Of a stretch of DNA of 41,158 nt, positions 23,446 through 33,700 are shown piece by piece. The notes under the pieces are model-generated. The model was given only the letters and a program-made list of their open reading frames with translations. It was not told where the DNA came from and made no database searches. Source of the stretch: Hyphochytrium catenoides. Lineage: Eukaryota; Protista; Hyphochytriomycota. Position 1 is the first letter of the stretch. Every line of letters starts with the position of its first letter. Location of the stretch: the NCBI GenBank assembly GCA_900088475.1, contig FLMG01003107.1, forward strand, positions 1 to 41,158, given 5' to 3'. A program made the position numbers and the translations under genes.

Positions 23446-24328
23446 GGAAGACTGCCGACCCATGTCTATAGCTCGGACGAGGAGGAGGTAGAGGCAGAAG
23501 AGGAAGGAGATCTTACAGAAGAAGAAATCGCGCCTCATGAGTGTACACCTGTACGTCTTCAGACTGTCGCTCAAGCTTCTTTAAGAGCACTTGTTGACGC
23601 TTCCATCTCCCCCCCACGAACGGAGAGAAGATGCCAATGGAGTATCAATGACCCTACTACCAGCGGCGCCTCTGAGGCCTGTGAGTGCTGCGAACCTGTT
23701 TCCTGCGTCAGCACCAGATAGTTCTAGAAAGAGGCCTAGGGAAGAAGGAGGCCAGACCAACGAGGATAATGAGATCTTAGAGCTGAGCCTGGAAGAGCAC
23801 GGCAAACTTGTCGTCAACTTTGGCATGCACCAAGGCAAGTCGTACAAGCAAGTCTACGACACAGCTCGCGGCTACTGCTATGACTTTGCTCTGAAAGTGG
23901 CAGACCCGCAACCGCCCTTGACGGATCTCATAAAGTATATCAAGAGGAGACAAAGGGTCGACATAGAAGCAGAAGAAGAAAGAGGCCGAGCAAGAAGAAG
24001 GTTGGCGACAGGAAGTCAGGCGCTCCTGGCGACAGGAAACGACGCGCAACAAGGCAACTTTGCCGCGGGGGATGAGGGCTGTGTAGGCGATGACTATTAT
24101 GAGCCCTTTGAGGCTTGGAGAGAACGCTACGTATCCAGCCGTCTTCAACGTGGTCTGCATGGCTACTGCTGGGATATGCTTGAGTGGGGTGGCTGCTACG
24201 ACCAGCGCTGCCCGTACAGCCATACTTACCCGCCAAATTGGAATGCCGTGGACTGAGTGCAGCACGGAGTCAGAAGGAAGGCTGTCGGACCTCGTGGAGA
24301 AATAATAGCTTCGTTACCGCTATTATGA
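23446..24328 (+). pseudogene. Tandem family copy 3: core ORF 23591/23648-24256 intact, N-terminus frameshifted at the C7 run (23609-23615), premature TGA at 24254 (likely pseudogene or truncated allele)
   Basis: The core has SAANLFP, RKR, LEEHGKLVVNFGMHQGKSYKQVYD, FEAWRERYV and GYC-x8-C-x4-C-x3-H. Homology to copies 1 and 2 continues upstream in another frame (..EEEIAPHECTPVR..ASISP) and past the TGA (WNAVD*VQHG versus WTEAQKQQHA). Confidence 0.6.
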
Positions 24329-25666
24329 GAGAGTGGAGGTCAGCTACCCCTTTGGACCCCACTTGCTGGAGGAGGGAGGTATAAGCCCGAACGGTGACGG
24401 ACACAAGGATTCGCTTTGGCTAAATCTCCTTCCTCTGAACAGCTGAAAGCTAGATCCTGCTTTCTCTCTGACCAACAGCCAATATAATATGCAAAGCGCT
24501 TAACGGTAATGTGAAGTGAATTACCGCGGCGCTTCCATCAATCTTCTCAATAGTTACGCAAGACATTATTTGGCAGGCGAGTCATCGCTCATCATAGATG
24601 GCCGGTCCAATTGTCAAAGAGCGTAAGCCTTTTCTATGTGCAGGCAGCGGCCTCTTTTTTAGAAACGTTAAAATAAACAGAGTAACAAACGCTTGCCGGT
24701 TGGTTGACGAGGTCATCGAGACACAGTCAGAAGATGTATCACAGGAAGAGACACCACGAAAACAATAAACCGACGGCAATAGCCTGCCCTTCCTTTCCGC
24801 AAATGCTGTCCAACGACAGCTGCCTTCTTGTCCCGGTCAGAAAGACCAATACTCTTTCATTCATTTGACACCACTGGTACATCTTTCTTCGACATTGCTG
24901 CCAGGAGGCTCTCAGTGCGCTAGTTCTTGCCGCTTCATCGAGAGGGCACGCATCACCGGCATCCCTCCTCCATCGTCCAGCTCTTCCCACTTCATGACAG
25001 CTAACAGTTTGTATGTAAGCCCGAGATAAAAGGAGTCAGTATGCAAGCTGCCCAAGAACGCAGGAGAGACAGTGTAGTCCACGAAGCCAAGGGTCACGAC
25101 GTCACGACCCAGAGCAAATGTATAGCTAAATATCCATCCTCCTGCAGGCTATTCCTTCCTTCAGACAGAGCTCGTACCATGAATTTTGAAGCTTCAGAGC
25201 TTCAGTTCGGTTCACAGCTATGACGAAGATATGGGGATGATCGAGATAGCCGTTAGCGAATATTACCGCTGGTTAAGCCATTGATAACTGAGTCAAAGGT
25301 TTTTCTTTGATCTGCCGCTCCCACCAGCCATCTCCCTGGGCTTCTGATGTTTCTGCTGCTGCTGCGGCTGCCGTCGCCGGCCGCTGGGAAGATGATGTCT
25401 CCCCTCCGCTACGATGATTATTGGGCCGCGGCCTCCTTCCGCTGAAGCTCACACGATCGGCACTGCTACAGCTTCTCCTGCTTCCGCTTCTTGTTGATGG
25501 TACTTCTCAGCGAGCTGGGCTGTGTGTCACCGACTCCCGACTGTTCTTGACCTGGAGGGAGGAGTCTCCGCATAGTGCCCATTCAATCCTTTTAGCTCTC
25601 TTATAGACGCAGCGGCAGCTTTTAGTCGTAGAAGGAAAGGGAGAGTTCTAAACAAATATTGGAAGG

Positions 25667-28600
25667 ATGCCTCCTAAGAAGGCCACCGGAGGGAAGGTGA
25701 CGGGGAAGAGGTGAGTGATGGGATTAGGCCGAGTAAGAGCCGCGATACTGTCACTTAGATGGAAGACGCTACTGCTCTGCAGACGAAGAGACGGCTGACC
25801 CTTGTGCAACTTGCTCCCACAGGACAATTGCGGAGAGGCTTGAAAGCCTTCGGAGCAACCCTTTTGAGAAGAGAAGCAATCTTAAGCAAAAGCACAACGT
25901 GATCGGCCGTAGGGTTAAAGGACAGAACCGAGATGTGGCTGCCGCGAGGTTGAGGGCTGTCGAGAAGCGAAAGAAGACCCTGTTGCTAGAATATAATAGT
26001 AGGGGCAAAACGAACTCCTTCAAGGATAGGTAAGACAGCCGATCAGAGGCAGCCACCACTGAGCTGAGAGCTATCACTGAGCACCTTCCTTCTCATCGCC
26101 AGCCCCCTATTCCTTTCCTGTCACCCGCCAAGAGTTCATGTCCAGCTTCTCTCTTCCTCCGGGCTCACCTCTTCTTAACTTTCTTTCAGCCGTAACTCGC
26201 CTCTTGACTCTCTGCGATGCCATCTGTCTCATTTTCTCATTGTATAGGCGGTTTGGAGAGAAGGATGATGGGAGTATGTCCATGGAGGACAAGCTTTTTG
26301 CGCGCTTCCAGGCAGAGAGAAAGAAGCGAGTGCGGAACTCTTCTCTCTTCAATCTTTCAGAAGAACCCGCGCCGGAGGACGTCCTCACTCACGGAGGGAA
26401 GGTTATTGACGACTTTCAGGATGTGGATGTGGAGAGACAATCCTCGGACGAGGAGGATGATCATGAGGCTAATGCCACAATCACAGAGAGACTGCATTTT
26501 GGAGGAGGAGAAGGACGAGATGGGGAGAAGGAAGAGAGGGATAACCGCTCTCATAAAGAGATCATGGCGGAGGTGATTGCCAAGTCAAAGCTTCATAAGC
26601 AGGAGCGCCAACGACTGAAGGAGGAGAGGGAAGACCTTACCGAGGCTCTGGACAGCGAGTTTTCGTCGCTCCAAGGCTTGTTGAGCTTCAGGCCTAAGAA
26701 GAATGTTAGTGAGAAGGATTGCGCGATGGCTTTCTACTAGTATCCCGGCGCTCTGCTCTTCCGCCCTGAACTCACCTTGATATCCGCGCCTAGACGTCCT
26801 CCTCATACCTTCCAGATTTGTTGATATGTTCCTTCTCTGGCTCCCTCTGTCCCTTGCTCGCCTCTCACTTTGGTGTCTCTCTTTACCTGGCCTAACCTTT
26901 CTCACTCTCTTAGGAGCGTCAGGAGGAGCGCGAGGCTCCTGATCACTACGACAAGATTACTCGGGAGCTTGCGTTTGAGGCAAAGGCGAAAGCCACTAGT
27001 CGAACCTTGACACCAGAGGAGCAGGCGCAGAAGGAGAAAGAGAAGGCAAGGGATCTACCATTCCTCTTCTGCTACAATCCCTTACCGTCCCACCACTTCC
27101 CCCAGCTCCGTCGCGTTATCCTCTTGCTTCTCTGCGGTCTCGGCTTGTGAGTCCCACTTTAGCATCCGTTCCTAGCCTTTTCTGTCCTAGAGTGTTGCCT
27201 TTGGTGCTGCTCCTCCTGCTCTTGCAGATTGACTCCCAACATTCAACGTAGCTTTCCTTCCTTCCCAATCTTCGTGCCTTTATACACCGACCTTTCTACC
27301 CAAGATCCGTCCGTTGGCCAGCCATTCAGAGCGTGCGACACTAAACGGCTAACGTTTCGTTTGTCTTTATTTAGCTTGAAGAGCTTGAGAAGAAGAGACT
27401 GAGAAGGATGCAGGGTTTGCCGTCTGACAGCGAAGATGAGACAGAGAAGGGAAAAAAGAAGAGGAGAGGACCAGCAACAGATGATGACCTGAATGATGAT
27501 TATGCCATAGACCCCGCCAATGAAGACGAGGAAGAAGAGGGAGACCTTCTTTCCTCAGATGACGAAGGAGAAGAGGAAGAGGATAGTGAGGAAGAAGAGG
27601 AAGAAGAGACAGAGAAGCCTTCTAAGAGACTTAAGCCCTCTGCCGACAGAGATGAAGCGGAGGAGGAGGAAGGGGAAGAAGAAGACACTGATGAAGGATC
27701 AGACCTGGAGAATGATGATGAAGTCGAACTCTCTCCCAGTGAAAAGAAAGAGCAGGGCGCAGAGGAAGACGATAATGGAGAAGGAGCTGACATGGGCAAA
27801 GAGAAGGCGAAACAACGCCAGGCAGCGAAGGATGAAATTCCGTACATCTTCCCTTGTCCCTCTTCTCTGTCGGAGCTCTTGGCTCTCCTTGCGAACTATG
27901 CAAAGAAACCAGCCGATGATCTGCTCATTGTCTCCCGCATCCTCAAGTGCCACTCCATACATTTGGGAGGCGAGAACAAGAAGAAGCTCACAGCTTTTTT
28001 TGGCGTCATGCTGCAGTTCTTCCTCCATCTAGCGGACAACGATCATGAGACCGAGGAACGAAAGGAGGAGGTAACGAAGCGAGACACCGTCTTTCGCTGT
28101 TCTTCTTTCTCTCTTTTCGGCACTCATTGTGTGGAACTTCTACTCTGATGAGCTCTTTCACATCTCGTCCTCCCATCACTGGGATAAGTCCCTATGGCCG
28201 CCTTATTGCCTTCTCAACTTCTGTTAACTCTTCCTTCTTTCATCTCCTCATTGTGGTTTGACTTCAGCTTATCTCTTTGTTGCCGGTCTTTCTGGGTAGA
28301 TTTCTGAGTTGTCGAAGGTCCTCTGGCAAGTGGCTCAGGAGCTGCCTGAGGTTGCTGGGAAAGGTTTCCGATCTCAGTTGGAAGCCATTCGCCTGGAGTT
28401 TTATAAGAGGAAGATGGATAAGAGGCAAGGTGCCACGGTCTCCTCCGCTTGGCCATCTCTTTCTTCCCTTCTATTTTTCCGCCTTCTCCCCAACATCTTT
28501 CCCAGCAGTGACTTTAAGCACTCTGTCGTCTCGCCCGCAGAGCTCCTTATTTGCCAGGTGAGAAAGTGATGTGGTTCTCTCTCTCTCTCTCTCTTTCTCG

Positions 28601-30280
28601 CTCTATGCCGCCTTCTTTATTCCTTAGCTCTCTAGCAAGCTTCCCTTGGATTGCGTTTGTTTGTCATGCTCATTCCGTCCATTTTTCTTCTCAATCTTCT
28701 GAATTCCTGTCTCCGAGAAGTACTCATTGTCTGGTCATACAGATGCTCGTTCAGAATCCTGTCTGTGGGGCGAGAGATATAGCACACGGGCTCTATCTCT
28801 GCGCCATGCTTCTCCATTATACGGCGGAGAATAAAAGATATGTCCCAGAAGGTGAAGACGTGGCTTTCTTCTGGTTATTCCGCTGTCTCCGTTCTGTATG
28901 TCTGTCTGTCTCTCTCTCTCACACACACTGATACGTACAGATAAACGCTCTCGGGGTCTCTTTCACTCTTCCCTCTAGACCTTTCTTTGGTATAACGCAG
29001 GTGTTCTCTCCTCTTTCCAACTTTCTCCTGATCCTGCGGTGGCTTGCGGGTCTCCTCTTCTCACCTTCTGCTCTATAAAAAAAACCTCCCCTATCCCTTG
29101 GTCCTACCCACTGCAGATGGGCTCTATATCTCAAGAGTTGTCTCATTCCCTTCTACTATCGGCATACGTCGAACCTCACTTTGCTTCCATGTAGTGCTCC
29201 ACTTCTTTTTGGTGGCGCTGGGTTATCTGCTGGCCATTCCCCAGACTGCTGCACTGTCAGGCTCGCTAGCGGGAGACAAGAAGGAGAGAAAGAGTAGGAA
29301 ACAAATACTCCAGGCATGGAGAGGGGAAGGGAAACCCTTGTTGGTGTGGAGTTTGCCCGATATAAGAGACGGAGAGGAGGAGCTGGGAGCTGTGCTCTGG
29401 AGCATGTAAGCGTCCTTCTTCCTCTGTTCCACTTATCTCTCTTTCTCTTGCTTGTCTTCTAAGTGGCGTAGAACTTCTCTCACACTCCTACTCCCCCTTA
29501 CAGGGCGCGGTTAGTTGGTGCGGCTTGCTTTCAGTGGTCTGCTCTTCCTGCTGCGCCGGAGATATTTCGGCCTCTGCGAGCCATGTTAGGGAAGTTGTTG
29601 ACTGAGCTCCAAGATGCGTCCCCAGAACTCCGCCAAGCGCTGCAGCAGTGCTTTGAAGCGTTGGACGCCACAGTGACAGAGGTATTTCGTTAGCCTTTCG
29701 ATGCTTTCTGGGACCATCTCGTCATATCTCTGACTCTCCCCGATCTTCCCACTTTTTCCTTAGCATGAGCAAGGTCGCGCTCCCTTGCAGCTGCAGAAAG
29801 TAAAGCCTGTCGCCATTCCTACCTTGGATCCAAAGTTTGAGGAGACTTATACATTCAAGAAGGATATGGATCCTAACAAGGAGAGAGCCAAGGTACAGGC
29901 TTTCCTTCTCTCTTCCAGCGATCTGCTTCGTAGTGCCTCGTGCTTCTCTGTCTGCTCTCTCGCGCTTTCTCTCCCTGTCTCTATCCGTTTAAAGCTTCCT
30001 AATATGGAGTTTCCCTCTCTATTGCTCAGCTGTGGGCGGTGCCTTTCTTCGCCTCCAACACTTTTGCGCAGTCATGAGCTAATCCTTTACTCTTACTGGA
30101 TGATAGGCGAAGCAGTTGGAGCGGCAAGTGAAGAGAGAAAAGAAGGGAGCAGTGAGGGAACTCAAGAGAGATGCAGCGTTCCTGGCCAAGGTATGACGCT
30201 GACTTGAAATAGCCGCTTTCCCTCTATCTGTCGTCTTGACGTATTCGGCAATTTAGCGCTTTAGGACTTGGAACAGCCAA

Positions 30281-30314
<34 letters not shown>

Positions 30315-30588
30315 GCCTTCTCATAACTCTCTCTGTTTATCTCTCTCTCTCTCTCCCTCGTTCTCCCTTCCTCTTTCGTTCTCAACTAACTCTGTCTCCC
30401 TTTCTGTGTAGGCCAAGCTGGAAGATGAGCGGAAGGCTACTCAGGCCAAGAAAGAGAAGCAGAAGGAGATTTGGTCATGGCTGCAGGACCAGCAAGCAAC
30501 AGTTAACCAGCAAGTGAAGAAAGGAGGAGGACTTCTTACAGGGGGAGGAAGCGGCATAAAGAAGAGGCCGAGGGTAAACCGAGGCTAA
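25667..30588 (+). CDS. NOP14: Nucleolar protein 14 (SSU processome), multi-exon
   Basis: Hallmarks: SNPFE, RKKTLLLEY..KTNSFKDR|RFGE, LFNLSEE..LTHGG, RSHKEIMAEVIAKSKLHKQERQ, FPSSDFKHSVVSPA, RYVPE, KREKKGAVRELKRDAAFLA. ATG at 25667 and TAA at 30586-30588. Confidence 0.93.
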
Positions 30589-30778
30589 AGATATAGGAAG
30601 AAACAGAGATAGAGAGAGGAGAGATGAGCTCGGGGAGGGAAAGGGAAAGAGACGGCGGCTTTCACAGTCTTACAATCATTATTTATTATTTACTTTATCG
30701 CGCGCGAGAGAGAGAGACAAAAAGAGATACAATGTTTTTCTTTTTGCACAGAATAATATATCTCTTGGAAAGGCCTAT

Positions 30779-33700
30779 TTACATACTTGAGGGCAGTCCT
30801 TGCTCCCTGATCTGGACTTGAGAGAGAAGAGAGGAGAGTTTCTCCTTTTCCTCTGGCTTCAGGCCACTCTCCTTCGCCAGGATAAGCAGGAGAGACAGGG
30901 CGACCTGATACTTCTCTGCTGCCTCTTTCTCCTGTCGCATGAACTCGCTTACTATCCCTTCCCTTACATACCGCACGGCACTACTATATATAACCTCCTC
31001 TATCGGTACCTCGCCCTCCCCTCCTTGGACGTGTTGCAGGCAGCTCTCAGCCAGTTGGAGGCAAGACGAGAGCTGAGAGAAGAGCCACTTGATGCTCGAA
31101 AGGAGCTCGAGGGGAAGGGAAGAGCGCGGTGTGGGGGAGGTCGAGAGAGAGAAAGAGCGAGGAGGGAGAGAACGGAGAGTGTGCTGGATGATTCTCTGCA
31201 ATAATTGCAGTGCCTTCACATACAATCCCCCAGCCTCCTTAAAAGAGAGAGTAGCAGAGACTTCAGCGGAGGAGTGAGAGACTATCGGAGATGCCGCCTG
31301 CTTATCGCCGTCACGCTGCGTAGCTTCCAAACGCTTGAGAGCAGGGCTAGCTGCCTCCTGTCTCTGTATGGAGGCGACCTCAGCCTCCTGGGCAAGAAGC
31401 AGTAGAGCAATGACTTTTTTTCTCTCTTCTTCTATGAATGCCAGCAGCTCATCATAAATATTTCTTTTGCTATATAAAGGGGCCGACGGAGAGGCAGCAG
31501 TGAGAGTTGGAGAGGGAGAAGGGCAAGCGAGCCCTCTTCCTGAGGGTACCCTGTCCTCAAAGGCGGGCGATGGAGCTCTGTGAGAAGAAGAGGCGATGGG
31601 AACACTCTGTCGACGGCGAATGGAAGTGAGATCCGCGTCTGGACTCGGGTCATAACGGTTGTTCTCGCGATCTACCAAGACGAAGTCGTTATCCGAGCCC
31701 TCCGCGCCACCTGCTCCTTGTCCCCTCTCCCTCTCGCCTTCCCTGCCACTGTTAACGCGAGAGCGGGAGAAAGAAAGGCGTGACGGTTCGGCGGAGCCTC
31801 CTCCAGACGGGGGAAGAGGAGGGAGAACGCTCTTAAATGGGTTGAGACGGATTGGGGTGGATGCATTACTGCCAGAAGCGTCTGGACGGGCACCCAAGTA
31901 ACCAATGCCTCCGTCCGCCCTGCTGCTACCCGTTCTCTCCCTCTCAGACCCTCCAAACTGCTTAGGACTGATAGACAAACGGGAAAGCTCGGGATAGGTG
32001 CTTGGAGCTATTTGTGACTTCCTAGAAAAGTCTCCAGAAGGCGACGAAGCAGGAGCACGACTCCCCTGTGGGAACAAAATGGTGAAAAAGTGCCGCGTGT
32101 GTGAGAGTCAATCGTACTGTCACGCTCGTGGGGAGACAAGGACTATAAGGTAGAAATCGTCTTCCGCGAGAAAACGCGCAGAAGCGGCTCTCCCCTCAGA
32201 CACCACCATGAACGAAGCGATAAAGCCGAAGACATGCAGATAAAGAGGAGAGACCAAAAAGAGAGAATGGTTCAGGCAGCTTCCTAGCTGTCTTACCGTA
32301 GCTCCTGATGTAGTTACTATGGGGCTAACCCCTCCCGCTGTCCTCTCCTGCAAACTAGGATTTGACGTTGACGCTCCTCCGTCGCCTCTCCCTCCAACCA
32401 AGCCCGTCACCTCCGCCAACGGAGACGGCGGCGTCTGTGAGCTTATGGGCGGGGACGGAGCATAAGGGGAGGAAGGAGGTAATGGAAGCCGCGAGGAGTC
32501 CGGACGAGTGCCGCCGCTCTTCTCTGAAGCTTTAAGGAAAGGATGATTGAAAAAGTCTTCAAAAGAGACTCGCAGGACCGGATTCCGCCTGAGCAGTAGC
32601 TGATAGACAACGAGTGACCAGGGAAGAATAACCATGCGCGAGTGAGGACACAACTATCGATAGATAATAGAGCGCTGACCAAACCCTAGCCCTAAGGACT
32701 CCAAAGCTCCCGAGAAAATAGCAGCAATGAGTAGAGCAAAAGCCTAGAGGGAGCTCTGGGAGCTGAACATCATAGAACCATAATAGGAGACCTTTTTGGA
32801 GAGAGCCAAAGGAGGGGACCAGCACGCTGTCATACCTGTAAGAGATCTAAGCACTCCGAAGACAGCTTCACTTCGGGTGGAATCCTGAGCTCGTTCCTCT
32901 CAATGTTAGAAAGCAATTGAATATGGTTGGCGCCATTGAACGGCGGCTTCCCAACAACCTGATCAGCGGGAGAGCTGGAGTCAGGAGGTGTGCTTCCCTG
33001 AGAGGTCGTGCAACCAGGCAACCATCATGAAGGGAGATCGGATAGAGAATGCGGCCAAGCAGCACACAGCGACAGGGCAAAAGTAGAGCTTGACACAGGT
33101 GAATAGGGTGGCAGCAGGGGAGGGGACTTAAAGCAGGGTGAGATAAGACAGACCATTTCGTAGAGAATGGCGCCCACGGACCAAAGGTCAGCCTTGGCGT
33201 CGTATTTTTGAAACTTCAGGATCTCTGGGGCCTGATAGTATCAGACATTACGGAGAGAAAAAGAGAGATTAGCTTGGCTAATTGCTGAAGGATGGCAAAA
33301 AGAGCAGAAGGCAGCCCTGACATAGCAAGGTTAAGAAGAGTGATGCAGGTGTGAGTGTGCTTATTAGCAGGGTAATGCTGGTGTCTGGCGTGGGAGATAC
33401 TTCCTACCATATACAGGGGAGAGCCACATAGCGTCTCCGCCATTGACGCCGCGGCCAAGTGCCGTGCAAAGCCAAAATCAGCTGCAGGAGATGGAAAGAG
33501 AGGTAAAGACAAGACAAAAGGTAAGTCAACAAGCTCAGAGCGAGATGCACAAGCACGATGAGGGTCTCACCAATCTTTAGCGTGGCATCTAGGGATTTCG
33601 TTGTAAGCAGCAGATTCTGGGGTTTCAAGTCACGATGGATAAGATTCTTCGACCATAGAAACTCCAAACCTTGGGCTGCGCCACCGAAGGAAGAAAGGTC

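Noticed and set aside
24325-24371. SECIS-like hairpin (ATGA..AGTGGAGGTC/GACCCCACT..GGAG) 70 nt after the copy 3 TGA, suggesting selenocysteine
   Set aside because: The TGA aligns to Lys, not Cys, in both paralogues, and the apical AA is missing. A SECISearch run would settle it.
14417-25666. An intact mobile element (transposase, RT, integrase, Rep/helicase) carrying the CCCH cluster
   Set aside because: No catalytic motifs, terminal repeats or target-site duplications could be identified by eye.
25711-25822. Possible C/D-box snoRNA in NOP14 intron 1 (gtgatgg...ctga)
   Set aside because: The C box is imperfect, there is no terminal stem, and CTGAC is better explained as the branch point.
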